From assembly GCA_000002435.2 (NCBI GenBank), contig CM018792.1: a stretch of 64,000 bases of DNA; one strand, 5' to 3'. Origin of the DNA: Giardia intestinalis. Its lineage: Eukaryota. Below, piece by piece: positions 45,843 through 56,271 of this stretch; positions within the stretch are counted from its first letter, which is position 1, and the number at the start of each line of letters is the position of its first letter. Below the pieces are notes generated by a model, which saw only the letters and a program-made list of their open reading frames with translations, was not told the origin of the DNA and did no database searches. Position numbers and translations under genes: made by a program.

Positions 45843-48270
45843 GCCGGTGGCTAGGCTCATCACAAAACCCTTTTGGTACTTCACTTTCTGCAAGTATCAC
45901 TTGCCCTGGTGCAGAGGTTTCCGTAGACCCTAAGAGAGACCAGGTATTGTTGAAGGCTTGTGGTTGCTCTTCTATGCAAGGCTCTCTCTTTGTGTGTCCA
46001 CCTAATGCACGAATCATTTGTCTGCCACTGGCCCGTGTGCTTATTAGTGCATACACCTGCCCGTCAGGGCTACAATCTACCCCGCATACTCTATCTCGCT
46101 TATGCCGTTTTTCAAAAATGACTACCTTTTCTTCTATTGCACCGTTCGCTAGCTTAAAAAGCATGCCCTTATCATCACCAATTCCAAAGACATAATGACG
46201 ATCGTTACTGTCAGGATGCGGAGATAGACAAACTTGGTGTATTATTGGCAGGCTGATACTTAGAGGCCGCTTCCTATTAGAATCCTGCTTCTTTGTAGAG
46301 ATACTTGAGTCCCTAATAAACTTATAGTAAAATATTCCTGCTGGGCTGGTGATGCAGACAGAGGTATCACCGACGGCACACATAGTTCTTCGGGTTCGGT
46401 AAGATGAACTCTTTCCTCTAGTCGCTAATAGGTCGAACCTCTCCAGCACCTTGATGCTCACGGGAAAAGGGTGACCATTCTCACTCTTTTCTGAACCGGA
46501 GTAAATAATCTCATAGACGCGCAGCTCCAAGTGGTGCTTATCAAGCTCTGCGTCCCCGAGTACTGCACAGAAATAATGGCCATTTCTAGAAACTCCAGCT
46601 GCTTCCACCCATATGGGAATATCCCCAAGACCATCGCAGATGTCCCAATTAAATACCTCGACAATGCCTGCGTCGGTGAACGTGAAGACCTTAGCCTCTA
46701 GCTGGCTAACAGTTAAAAACAAATCGCAATTAGGAACAGACAACAGAGGAGCCAGCAACTTCACAGACGTGCTGTGCGGCCGAAAAATTTGGGCGAGACA
46801 GATGGAATCGTCAAAACGGCCAGTAGCACGATAAGCATAGAGCACCTCCTCTTGGTGAACATTGTGCGTCAGTTTTAGTCCTGTAACAGCAAGCAACAAA
46901 GATCCGTTAGCCAGCGCAGCGAAGTGAAGGATATGCGGAGGATCCGAGATTTCACATCGAGAATAGACTTTGTTTCGTTGTATAATAGTCACTATATCAG
47001 TTGAGTTCGTGGGTAGCAAAGCAGAACTTGGTATATTTTCTACCCCGTGGAAAAGCTGGATGTCTCCTGGAGACCCATCAGCTAGTATGCTGAGCTGGTC
47101 GTTCTCGCCATATAAGAAGATTCCTGGAGTATCCTTTGGTGTGTAACGCAAATTTCTAGCTGGAGAGACTAACCCATGCCTCTGAGCCATAATGACACCA
47201 GCAGCGGTATCTATCAAATACATTGTGTTGGTTGCTGTAACTACGCACGCCGTCTGGGAGTAGGTAAGAGAGGTTGGAGAGAAGATTGACGGACAAGGGC
47301 ACGAGATGTACCGTACCGGTCCAACCACAGCCGGTCCAAATTGCGGAGTATAATCAAGAAGCGAAAGATTGACCACGATTGTTTCCTCTCCTCCCAGTAG
47401 GACCTTAGGAGTGGCAGTGGTGGCATGAGCAACAGCCAACGCACTGATCCCATTTTTATTCCAATGGAACCGAACATGCTTTGATTGAGCAACAGTGGTT
47501 CCTATTGGTATGCCTTCAAAGCGGTACAGAGCCCCGCGAAGATCACCCATCAAGAATCCATAGGAGGTGCGATGGTTAAACGCAACCAACTGAGTAATAC
47601 AGGCGTCATGAGACATTGTGGAATAGTTATCTGGAAGCCTTCGTGGGGAGTCGGGCCTAGAATGCGGAAATCTGGCAAAGAAAAGCGTACAATCAATAGC
47701 TATATAAATGACGTCATCTGAAATGATTAGTCGACTGCTCGTCCGCTGCAAAGTAAGTTGGTCGGGAGTGACAGGCGGGGGATTCAAACAGACTACATCA
47801 GATAGGTCAAAGACGGCCTTACGCGGGTTGTTGGCTGCAGCCGAGAGACTGTACAAGATGAGAAAATGGGTTCTGTTCTTCGCTGCTTTGGCTTCCAGTA
47901 AGAAGACAAACTGATCAGATCCATCACACTGTGCACACGCAACAAATTCTGGCTCGTGCTGCAAAATGGATCCGTCCTTAGTCTTTTTGGGCCCCTTGTC
48001 CTCTGGTAAGGAGACTTCAAGCGAGAAGTCCCCCGTCCGTGTATTGTAAATAGAGAATCGATGCTTCGAGAGGATGAGAAGCTGTGAATCTGATGCGCGT
48101 AGGAACAAGAGTTGGACTATCCGCCGTTTATGTGTTGGTACTACCTTCAAGAGAGCAAGTGTCACTGGAGACAGTGCAATTATGGAGTCTCCGGTGGCAG
48201 AATAGATTGCGCTACCATCTGGAGCAAATGCAGGAGGGCAGGACGCCATAAAGCCACCGAATGCATCCAT
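45793..48270 (-). CDS. WD40/beta-propeller-like protein, 825 aa (possibly WDR75/UTP17-like; identity uncertain)
   Basis: Repeated SPDG / ..G.I.v. blade-like segments. Its size matches the WDR75 family. Its last 11 codons lie inside the right repeat arm, and a remnant is therefore present in the left arm. Confidence 0.5.
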   Translation of the reverse strand: MDAFGGFMASCPPAFAPDGSAIYSATGDSIIALSPVTLALLKVVPTHKRRIVQLLFLRASDSQLLILSKHRFSIYNTRTGDFSLEVSLPEDKGPKKTKDGSILQHEPEFVACAQCDGSDQFVFLLEAKAAKNRTHFLILYSLSAAANNPRKAVFDLSDVVCLNPPPVTPDQLTLQRTSSRLIISDDVIYIAIDCTLFFARFPHSRPDSPRRLPDNYSTMSHDACITQLVAFNHRTSYGFLMGDLRGALYRFEGIPIGTTVAQSKHVRFHWNKNGISALAVAHATTATPKVLLGGEETIVVNLSLLDYTPQFGPAVVGPVRYISCPCPSIFSPTSLTYSQTACVVTATNTMYLIDTAAGVIMAQRHGLVSPARNLRYTPKDTPGIFLYGENDQLSILADGSPGDIQLFHGVENIPSSALLPTNSTDIVTIIQRNKVYSRCEISDPPHILHFAALANGSLLLAVTGLKLTHNVHQEEVLYAYRATGRFDDSICLAQIFRPHSTSVKLLAPLLSVPNCDLFLTVSQLEAKVFTFTDAGIVEVFNWDICDGLGDIPIWVEAAGVSRNGHYFCAVLGDAELDKHHLELRVYEIIYSGSEKSENGHPFPVSIKVLERFDLLATRGKSSSYRTRRTMCAVGDTSVCITSPAGIFYYKFIRDSSISTKKQDSNRKRPLSISLPIIHQVCLSPHPDSNDRHYVFGIGDDKGMLFKLANGAIEEKVVIFEKRHKRDRVCGVDCSPDGQVYALISTRASGRQMIRALGGHTKREPCIEEQPQAFNNTWSLLGSTETSAPGQVILAESEVPKGFCDEPSHRLTQFGAQLEAALDALF

Positions 48271-48302
48271 TCTAATAATTGTATTTCTTTTTAGTCATAG
48301 AA

Positions 48303-49022
48303 ATGGTCCCTGCTCCTTTCCTTGACCAGGACCGCTGTTTTGAGTGGTTTCTAGAAGAGGGTGCACGAGAGCTAGAGGCACTCCACAAGTGTGCGTCCCC
48401 CGTGCAAAACGCCATTTTTGTTCAGCACACTTCTCCAATTTCTGATTCGTCTGCAGGGTCTGTGACTGTGGAACTAGGTGGAAGCAAGGTGGCGTGCTCC
48501 ATCACCCTCCAACTTGTAGAAGAAGGAAATCCAGCTATTGTGATAGCGGTAGATTGTGGTCCTTTAGCAGCACATAAAGCCCTTGGGCGGCAGATTCACG
48601 AAATCCTCTCGAAAGTTTCTTTACACTTTGAGGAGCCGGCAGTGGAGACAGGGTGGTTACTTCAATATTCGGTTTCCTTGTCCTTGATTGTTCCTGGCCC
48701 TTCCAACATACCTGCCTTAGCAACTGCTTTCAGTGAATGCTTTAAGGCTGCTACTAGACCTGCAGATTTGTATGCAGACCAGAGTCCTCGCGTCCCTATT
48801 CTAGATCCTTCCGTTGAGCCTCTTCTGGCATCCCGCTTTACCTATGTTTCTTCCAAGTCAGGTGTAATCCAGATCAGGAACCCAACGGTAACCCAGTCAA
48901 AGATATCTGCAGGTCACATGGACATAATAATGCAGGGTGAGTCTATTTACTTTCTGGATGCCTACAATGTCCCTGCGGACATGATGAAGAGATTCTTCCA
49001 ACTTCTTAGACAGAGTTCCTAA
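48303..49022 (+). CDS. hypothetical protein, possibly an RNase PH-like exosome subunit (~239 aa)
   Basis: …DSSAGSVTVELGGSKVACSITLQLV…IVIAVDCGP resembles the DGSA…G.TKV…V.GP core of RNase PH domains. Divergent from the 825-aa gene across 32 bp. Confidence 0.3.
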   Translation: MVPAPFLDQDRCFEWFLEEGARELEALHKCASPVQNAIFVQHTSPISDSSAGSVTVELGGSKVACSITLQLVEEGNPAIVIAVDCGPLAAHKALGRQIHEILSKVSLHFEEPAVETGWLLQYSVSLSLIVPGPSNIPALATAFSECFKAATRPADLYADQSPRVPILDPSVEPLLASRFTYVSSKSGVIQIRNPTVTQSKISAGHMDIIMQGESIYFLDAYNVPADMMKRFFQLLRQSS

Positions 49023-52000
49023 CCTCTTTGCAGTTGGCATCGTAACTATATACGTGACCTCTATACAGTGCCCGGTCTAGAAACGACGCTCGGTAAAAGT
49101 CTGACTCATGATATGGGACAGAAGAGAGCCGTCTAACAAAGTCGTCGCTTTGAATCTTTGGATGCATGAGAAGGTATGTCGCTATCGAGGCGCCAGATAT
49201 ATGGCTAGATATGGCAGTAAGATCTTCTGTTGAGATATTGACAGTCTTCAACCCAGTCTCGAACGCCTTCATTAGGTTCCTTCTGTTATCAACAATTCTA
49301 TTGGCTACACCAATGTCCTGTAACATTCTGCAAATATATTCGACATCTGACTCATATATGTTGGAGAAAGTAGTGTTAGAGAAAGACTTGTCTTTGTTAC
49401 CCTTCAAGTTTTCATAGTAGCGCCAAAAAAGAGCACAGAAGTATGCAGCGGGGAAAAGATTTGATAGCTCTATTTGAACCAGGTATTGAAGGGTATCCGA
49501 TAAGGTGCTTGCGACTCTTTCAAATGTGTTTCTAAGGTCGAGAGTCAAGTCATTAATCAGCGATTGATCGTGTGTAGCAGTAAACAGTCTTCCTATGTGG
49601 CTGTCTCGAAACGTACTCAGAATCACATAGACTAGCTTAGATGCAACTACATTGAGGGCCTCACTAACAACCTCCTTGACCGAGCTCACTTGTGCTTCAA
49701 TTACAGAACGTGCAAAAGACTCTGATTTCAGGGCACTCTTCACAAAGTCTGTAAGCTTTTCAAGTGAGTTTGGTATTAAATCTATATCATTTGCCAATGC
49801 AATATAGTGACGCGTTTCGAGCTTTTCACCTGACCAGAGCGACTCCGCGACTGGGCACCCACAGGTGGAGGAGGCATCAGAGTTAGCAACGTTTGATTGG
49901 CCTGCTACACCCTGAGATGCAAGCGTCTCTTGTAGGTTTAGTCCGGTAAGACAACTTGAGTTCCTACTGTGTGCACTGGCAGCCATAACGCTACTGGTAT
50001 CAGTGGCCATTTGGCGTGGCCTCCGTCGGATGCCGAATATCCCCCCAAACTTAGTATCGCTCGCTCGATAAAGAGGCTCGGCTTTGCTTGTCAGTTCTGA
50101 AGCAAGAGCTTGAGGGGATATCAAGGAGGAAGACCCGAGTGTTTCAGAAAGGAACTGAAAATCATCCGAATTAAGACCCTCTCTTTTAATGCTCCAAAAA
50201 GCGTCGCTAGCTAAGAGGTTATTAAAACTGTGTGCACCATCAACTATTTTGCAAAGATACTGGATGTTCATGGGCGGATCAATGCCAGAGATATTGCCAA
50301 GAATGTCGTACACAAAATTCTTTATTGCAGTACAGGCGGCGTTATAGGTTTCAAGAAAGATGCACTTCCCCAAGTCTGCAGTTAGATCAATGGTGCGAAG
50401 CTGTTCAAGGAAAATTGCAAAGATTGTACTTATAACTCCAGTCATAATGGTCCCCTCAGAGGTTGGTCTGGACGTATCCAGATCCCGTACATAGGTAAGT
50501 TGAATCTTATAGCATGCCTCGCAAAACTTCCGCAAAACATCCCTCTTGTATTGAGAAACGACAGATTGCATGGGTGCCTCCAGCGAGTATGCATTGACAA
50601 AGAACAGATCCTTTGCCTTCTGCTCCACCATTGTAGCTTTGAGTTGTGATTTCATTGCTGAGTCCTTGGAGCCTGTAAGAGAACTTAGAACCATATCTAT
50701 TGTAATTGCCCTGTCCGTGGAGCTCATGCCACTCCAAGCTGTCTCAGCAAGGCTGAGTACACAATCGTGGATTGTAAATATACAGGGGTGGGATGAAGCC
50801 TGGGCCGAGAATGGAGCTAGATCAAAGAACTTCCCGTCTGTTCGCACCATAGCATAGCTCGATCCCTTTGCCCTGGAATCCTCAGCCATGCCATCTTCAA
50901 AAACAGAAGTGAGGCTAGAGTGCCAAGAGCGATAGTGTGGTGACACTCCTGCGTGGGCTGTACCCCTGGCGATATTTTGGAAATAAACCGCATCAGGAAA
51001 GCGGCAAACAGCCCAATTAAATCCACGAGTGTCTAACTCTGTGGTGTAAGATGAAGCAAACGCAATAAGGGAGTGTAGCACCTCTTGTGTTAGAGCTACC
51101 GTCTCTGAAATGTTTCTAAGGACCCCCTGAACGTGATTGTGTATAGCAGAGACGTAAACAAGCGGAAGATTGAAGATACTAGCAACTGGAATGTGCGAGC
51201 TATTTGGGGAAAGAGGTGATGCGAGTGCGACTCGAGTTTCCTGAGTGCCGAGCCCTTTATAATATGCTTCTACAATGACAGTAGCTGCAGGCTTTCTAAA
51301 CGGGGGTTCAATGTGCATTTTTATGTGATCTAGATCCTCCTGTATGATTGATAGGAGGGTGTCCAGAAAGGTCTGGAGGTCTGAGTCTTTTGCGCCATCT
51401 GAATCATTCTTCATCGTTGACATAGCTGACCTCTCAGAGTGCTTACCCATCCTGCTCGAGAATGTGTGAGGCCGCACACGCGTACTTTGCTGCTCGTAGC
51501 GGTCAGGGATAACTGTGTTGTACACGGTATTGACGATCGCAATCCACGCTTTCGCAGCTCCTCTCTCCTCCAGAGTTTCCTGCGCAGAAAGGTTTAGAAT
51601 AAGTTGCTCCACAATCTCTCCTATATCACGCCTGGCTATCGTTTTTGAATCAAAGAGCTGTGCTGGCATTTTATCTGTGATATAGGAGGACAACTCCCGG
51701 GACAGATCCAGCGCACTCTTGAAAAACGTATTGTCAAAAGACGTTGCTATTGACGTGAGTTCTGCAGACAACTTGTCGAGCTGGACTGTCTTGAGACTTG
51801 ATGAGTGGGTAAGTGAGCTTACATACTGCTTTGGAAGCTTACGCACATCATCTCTATTCTTTAAGATGGCAAGAATTTCCTTCTGGAGCTCAAAAACAGA
51901 GACAGGGGCCGTTTCTCTTCGAGCCCATTTGCCAGCAACGACTGCTGCCCGGGCTGGGACCGAGACGACCTTTTCATAAAGCTCCTGGGTTGCAAGGGCG

Positions 52001-52329
52001 TTGGACAGCCCGTGACCAACATGCTGCATCAATATGCTGACATCTGGAGGAAAATCCTCTTCCGTCTCGCCGTAACTGGTAAGTTTAGACGCATCGTTCT
52101 GGGCTGTCTCAACTGTTTCCTGTGCCCGCACCAGAAGGTCTATGAATGAAGATGCCTTTGTAACTTGGGCATTTACGCATCGGGAAATCTCCTCCTCAAT
52201 GTGGGCCGCCTCCTGGGAAAATTGCTCAAAGACCACCTGATAGACATTCTCTCCAGACGCGGCAGCAAGAGCCGACTTGAGAAGCTGGAAAGCCTCTGCC
52301 TGCACATCGGTCTCATCAACGGATGTCAT
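49006..52329 (-). CDS. large hypothetical protein (1107 aa), predicted mostly alpha-helical
   Basis: Uninterrupted ORF with average composition and no motif I can name. Overlaps the previous gene's 3' end by 17 bp. Confidence 0.55.
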   Translation of the reverse strand: MTSVDETDVQAEAFQLLKSALAAASGENVYQVVFEQFSQEAAHIEEEISRCVNAQVTKASSFIDLLVRAQETVETAQNDASKLTSYGETEEDFPPDVSILMQHVGHGLSNALATQELYEKVVSVPARAAVVAGKWARRETAPVSVFELQKEILAILKNRDDVRKLPKQYVSSLTHSSSLKTVQLDKLSAELTSIATSFDNTFFKSALDLSRELSSYITDKMPAQLFDSKTIARRDIGEIVEQLILNLSAQETLEERGAAKAWIAIVNTVYNTVIPDRYEQQSTRVRPHTFSSRMGKHSERSAMSTMKNDSDGAKDSDLQTFLDTLLSIIQEDLDHIKMHIEPPFRKPAATVIVEAYYKGLGTQETRVALASPLSPNSSHIPVASIFNLPLVYVSAIHNHVQGVLRNISETVALTQEVLHSLIAFASSYTTELDTRGFNWAVCRFPDAVYFQNIARGTAHAGVSPHYRSWHSSLTSVFEDGMAEDSRAKGSSYAMVRTDGKFFDLAPFSAQASSHPCIFTIHDCVLSLAETAWSGMSSTDRAITIDMVLSSLTGSKDSAMKSQLKATMVEQKAKDLFFVNAYSLEAPMQSVVSQYKRDVLRKFCEACYKIQLTYVRDLDTSRPTSEGTIMTGVISTIFAIFLEQLRTIDLTADLGKCIFLETYNAACTAIKNFVYDILGNISGIDPPMNIQYLCKIVDGAHSFNNLLASDAFWSIKREGLNSDDFQFLSETLGSSSLISPQALASELTSKAEPLYRASDTKFGGIFGIRRRPRQMATDTSSVMAASAHSRNSSCLTGLNLQETLASQGVAGQSNVANSDASSTCGCPVAESLWSGEKLETRHYIALANDIDLIPNSLEKLTDFVKSALKSESFARSVIEAQVSSVKEVVSEALNVVASKLVYVILSTFRDSHIGRLFTATHDQSLINDLTLDLRNTFERVASTLSDTLQYLVQIELSNLFPAAYFCALFWRYYENLKGNKDKSFSNTTFSNIYESDVEYICRMLQDIGVANRIVDNRRNLMKAFETGLKTVNISTEDLTAISSHISGASIATYLLMHPKIQSDDFVRRLSSVPYHESDFYRASFLDRALYRGHVYSYDANCKEVRNSV

Positions 52330-52595
52330 GAAAATTATGGCTACTCATTTAAAAGTATGCAGCACTCACAGAGAGATGCATGCTAAGTCCTATACGACCG
52401 TGTGTGAACAAGTGCACTCCTCTGCAAGCATCACACGATAAAGACTTTGCAAAATAGTTTGCACAACTGCTCTCTTGACGCCGAAGCACGAGCTGGAGCT
52501 GCGAGTGCTGCACAGAGATTCCCCTGGGAGATACCCTCTCGCCTTGAGGGCAGAACCTCAAGACGCGCTACCGCCGGCGGAACCCTTTTTTGCGC

Positions 52596-52630
52596 GCAAA
52601 AATTTGAGCCCAAGTTAAGAAAATAAAAGG
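52596..52630 (+). promoter_or_regulatory. beta-giardin upstream region: perfect palindrome TTTTTGCGCGCAAAAA followed by an AT-rich initiator (AAGTTAAGAAAATAAAAGGATG)
   Basis: A 16-bp perfect palindrome sits at ~52593-52608. An A/T-rich stretch lies immediately 5' of the ATG, as in Giardia core promoters. Confidence 0.4.
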
Positions 52631-53449
52631 ATGTCTATGTTCACCTCCACCCGTACGCTCACCCAGACGATGGACAAGCCCGACGACCTCACCCGCAGTG
52701 CGACCGAGACGGCGGTCAAGCTCAGCAACATGAACCAGCGCGTCAGCAGGTTCCACGACAAGATGGAGAACGAGATCGAGGTCCGCCGCGTCGACGACGA
52801 CACGCGCGTGAAGATGATCAAGGACGCCATCGCACACCTCGACAGGCTCATCCAGACGGAGTCGAGGAAGCGCCAGGCCTCGTTCGAGGACATCCGCGAG
52901 GAGGTCAAGAAGTCCGCCGACAACATGTACCTAACGATCAAGGAGGAGATCGACACCATGGCTGCAAACTTCCGCAAGTCCCTTGCGGAGATGGGCGACA
53001 CACTCAACAACGTTGAGACAAATCTCCAGAACCAGATCGCCATCCATAACGACGCCATCGCGGCTCTCAGGAAGGAGGCCCTCAAGAGCCTGAACGATCT
53101 CGAGACGGGCATTGCCACGGAGAACGCAGAAAGGAAGAAGATGTACGACCAGCTCAACGAGAAGGTCGCAGAGGGCTTCGCCCGCATCTCCGCCGCGATC
53201 GAGAAGGAGACGATCGCCCGCGAGAGGGCCGTTAGCGCTGCCACGACAGAAGCGCTCACAAACACGAAGCTCGTCGAGAAGTGCGTCAACGAGCAGCTCG
53301 AGAACGTCGCCTCGGAGATCCGCGCTATCCAGGAGGAGATCGACCGCGAGAAGGCCGAACGCAAGGAGGCAGAGGACAAGATCGTCAACACTCTCGAGGA
53401 CGTCGTCTCGAAGATCCAGGGCGGCCTCTCGATGGTCACAAAGCACTAA
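52631..53449 (+). CDS. bg: beta-giardin (striated-fibre assemblin family, ventral-disc microribbon protein), 272 aa
   Basis: From memory, the translation is the beta-giardin protein. The standard genotyping primer sequences G7 (AAGCCCGACGACCTCACCCGCAGTGC, at ~52675) and the reverse complement of G759 (…GTCGTCTCGAAGATCCAGGGCGGCCTC, at ~53402) are present verbatim. GC3-rich codon usage indicates a highly expressed gene. Confidence 0.93.
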   Translation: MSMFTSTRTLTQTMDKPDDLTRSATETAVKLSNMNQRVSRFHDKMENEIEVRRVDDDTRVKMIKDAIAHLDRLIQTESRKRQASFEDIREEVKKSADNMYLTIKEEIDTMAANFRKSLAEMGDTLNNVETNLQNQIAIHNDAIAALRKEALKSLNDLETGIATENAERKKMYDQLNEKVAEGFARISAAIEKETIARERAVSAATTEALTNTKLVEKCVNEQLENVASEIRAIQEEIDREKAERKEAEDKIVNTLEDVVSKIQGGLSMVTKH

Positions 53450-53457
53450 GCGCCTGC

Positions 53458-53472
53458 AGTAAATCATTTACT
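53458..53472. terminator. palindromic paired poly(A) signals AGTAAATCATTTACT between beta-giardin (+) and the convergent RING gene (-)
   Basis: AGTAAAT lies 9 nt after the bg stop. Its reverse complement overlaps the TAA of the minus-strand gene. Confidence 0.55.
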
Positions 53473-55915
53473 TAGGGAGTCCGACTACCTCGCCGCCGCA
53501 CCGCATCTGCACCACGGGCTGTCTGCAGAGCGCACACCGTCCGGATCGGAGCACGAGGCGTGCGGCGCACTCTGCGCAGAAGTAGTGGTTGCAGTTGAGC
53601 ACCACGATTGCCGCGCGGCAGAGCGCTCTGAGGCAGACTGCGCAGACCTCCTCATCTGCGTCTCCGTCAGAGGCGCTTTCCGACCCCTGCACCATGTCGG
53701 GGTGTGTCGAAGACTCTCTCTCGGTGTCTTCCTGCCGTCCTCGGGGCTCGATGACCATCTCCTTTGCTATGGACCCATCAAACTGGGCATAGGTCCAGGA
53801 CACCCGTTCCGTAGCCAACGTAGTAATGGCCTCAGTTTCCCTTGCAACGGCCCTGGATCCGAGGCGCCAGGATTCAAAGGGAGCATTCTGATCGGAATAG
53901 TAGTCTGTGTTGGTGTAGTCACACTGTTCAGGCCTAAACATAAAGTGTTCTGTGCTCTTGTCAGCCAATTCATCGAGCGTTGCTTTCTTGAAGATAGAGT
54001 AGAAATTAAGACTTTTCAGCGACTCCGGTGGATGCGTAATAAGTGAGGCATAATATGTCATGTACCGTAGCGCAGCAAACGCAGCCACCTGGTGATTTTG
54101 AACACTAAATTCCTTGTTGTCCAATACCCGATAGGCGTAAATTGCGAGGATATGTTTGAGGGAGTTGAGAAAGTGCTCGCCGTGTGACAAAGGTTTATAC
54201 TCATTGAACAGAATGTACGCCACCAGAGGCGAATACCCTGGTCCCAAATTTGGGCAGTTTGTTTGAAGCCACTGTGCAGCAGCCCCAGTAAGTTCCTCTT
54301 CGTGTACAGCAGGACCAGCATGGGAAAGAAGTAGGAGGAGCAAATTTGCCCTCTGGCCAATGCCCTTTGCAACCAATTCGGCACAGCCTTGATAGATATG
54401 CAAGAGCCTCTCATCAATGGTGGATTTGCTCAGTTCAATTTCAAGGACTTTGGCACAGGTGTCAACAAACATGAAAAGATGCGGAAGACAGTTGATGCGT
54501 TGTAGCTTTGCAGTTGCTAGGGTTGCAATAAGCGCATCTGGACCCTCCACATATGATTCGGCCAATCCGTCTGCAAGATGGGAGAGAAATGATCTGCATA
54601 TTTGCTTGTTTGTGGGGAACGCTGCTATGGGGTATGCAATCGCCTCAGAAAGCTCCTTGATTTCAAAGCTGCGCATTACAACCTCGTCAAAAAATTCTGC
54701 TGGCCGACAGTGTTCGTTTTCGTATGCAATCTGATAGCACAAGAGATAAATATGCACAAGGTCGGACTCACTAGGGTTTGAGAAATCAATTTCGTGATGT
54801 AAAGGATGAAGGTCGAGACGTGAGATGGCTTCTCTTGCAACTAGACCAGAGTCTAGGATAAGGTGCCGGCCAATATTTGATATGTGCGTAAGGATGTCGT
54901 TCGACACCATCTTATTGAAATGCAGATATGAACAGGCTCGGTAGAACTGAGCCATGACCCCCGTTTGATAAGGGTAGCCATTTAGGCCCATATCTAGGGC
55001 AAGATTAGCAAAGAAGCTGTACAGCACAGTCGAGTACAGAGACGATAGAAAGGTCACTGCGAGCTGAATTTGTTTCTCGTGGTATGCCACCAGACCTGAT
55101 ATTTTATGCTGTACAAACGCCACCTCAAGGGCAGTCCTAGTTGGAGGCATGGGTGACATGAGAAAGCAGTGCATGAAAGAAAAAAGAGCCAAATACCATG
55201 CATAGGGTGTGTGTGTGACGACGATCTCACTCAGAATTCCTGCCAGCTCTGCTGCATCTTCATTTGTATAGTTCTTTAGCGGCAGTAGGTCATCCAAATC
55301 AAAAGTGCGGGATGTTAAAAGCATAAGAGCCTTGTAGATAGCCGTGTTTTCACTAGAGGGAGCTTCGGGAACAAAGGCTATCAAGTGGCCCAATAGTTCT
55401 ACAGAGAGCTGCTTGTTGTACGCGTGGCATACAATAAGCTTCTTGTAAATAGGTATGGTTGTATAGATACCAACACGCCCTGTGCGTGCGGTTTGAGCCT
55501 CCTTGGAGTCAGAGGCCGTGCCTGTGGCGAGCACAACAGAAAGGACAAACTCATAAATGAAGAGGGTCTCCTCTATCGGGCCCTCGCTAGAGCCTGGCTT
55601 TGGAGGAATGTCGGTACTTACTTCTTGCAACGATAGAATCAAATGCGTCCCGCGAATAATAGAACATTTGTCTTGCTGCAAGAGCATGAGCCCACTAGCA
55701 ATAACATCACTATCTATATAAACAAAAGGGTCGTGCAGGTACATCTGCAGGTCTCCAAGAACAAACACATGAAAGCTGTTTCCTGGCGTTAAGACGACTG
55801 CCTCGGAGAGAAGACTCAGAGTCTTATCCGAAACTATGTACGCGTTCCTCTGGACTCGGCTCGCACGGTGTAGCATGCCAGAAAGAGAAGTGATGTCCAA
55901 AGGTCTTCTGAGCAT
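53468..55915 (-). CDS. large protein with a C-terminal C3HC4 RING finger (815 aa); possibly a Vps11/18-type tethering subunit or another E3
   Basis: C-terminal CAVCLRALCRAAIVVLNCNHYFCAECAARLVLRSGRCALCRQP is a canonical C3HC4 RING. The upstream ~700 aa are helical-repeat-like. Confidence 0.55.
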   Translation of the reverse strand: MLRRPLDITSLSGMLHRASRVQRNAYIVSDKTLSLLSEAVVLTPGNSFHVFVLGDLQMYLHDPFVYIDSDVIASGLMLLQQDKCSIIRGTHLILSLQEVSTDIPPKPGSSEGPIEETLFIYEFVLSVVLATGTASDSKEAQTARTGRVGIYTTIPIYKKLIVCHAYNKQLSVELLGHLIAFVPEAPSSENTAIYKALMLLTSRTFDLDDLLPLKNYTNEDAAELAGILSEIVVTHTPYAWYLALFSFMHCFLMSPMPPTRTALEVAFVQHKISGLVAYHEKQIQLAVTFLSSLYSTVLYSFFANLALDMGLNGYPYQTGVMAQFYRACSYLHFNKMVSNDILTHISNIGRHLILDSGLVAREAISRLDLHPLHHEIDFSNPSESDLVHIYLLCYQIAYENEHCRPAEFFDEVVMRSFEIKELSEAIAYPIAAFPTNKQICRSFLSHLADGLAESYVEGPDALIATLATAKLQRINCLPHLFMFVDTCAKVLEIELSKSTIDERLLHIYQGCAELVAKGIGQRANLLLLLLSHAGPAVHEEELTGAAAQWLQTNCPNLGPGYSPLVAYILFNEYKPLSHGEHFLNSLKHILAIYAYRVLDNKEFSVQNHQVAAFAALRYMTYYASLITHPPESLKSLNFYSIFKKATLDELADKSTEHFMFRPEQCDYTNTDYYSDQNAPFESWRLGSRAVARETEAITTLATERVSWTYAQFDGSIAKEMVIEPRGRQEDTERESSTHPDMVQGSESASDGDADEEVCAVCLRALCRAAIVVLNCNHYFCAECAARLVLRSGRCALCRQPVVQMRCGGEVVGLPK

Positions 55916-56271
55916 TTACTTTGAAGAAAAGAAGAAACTGCCTCAAGCACAAACGCGTCTGTATCATCTATCTTTAGTGGCCATATCCTTTGAAGAACCC
56001 TCTTCGGAGCAACAGCGAGATGTGCAGCACATTTCGTAGAAGTTTATGCACAGAGACCACGATATCAGTAATATCACGACAGACATGCCAAAAACAAAAC
56101 CAAGGGTGATGACCCAGATCTCAGCTGAATGGAGGGACGCACGGGAGTAAGACTCGACGGCTATAGAGACATCGACCATTTTTTACAGTGATCCAAGTTG
56201 TGGGTGCAGCAGACCTGCAGCATTTCATACGTGCTGAGCTGACTAAGGAAGCATAGATATGTCAATCTAAG

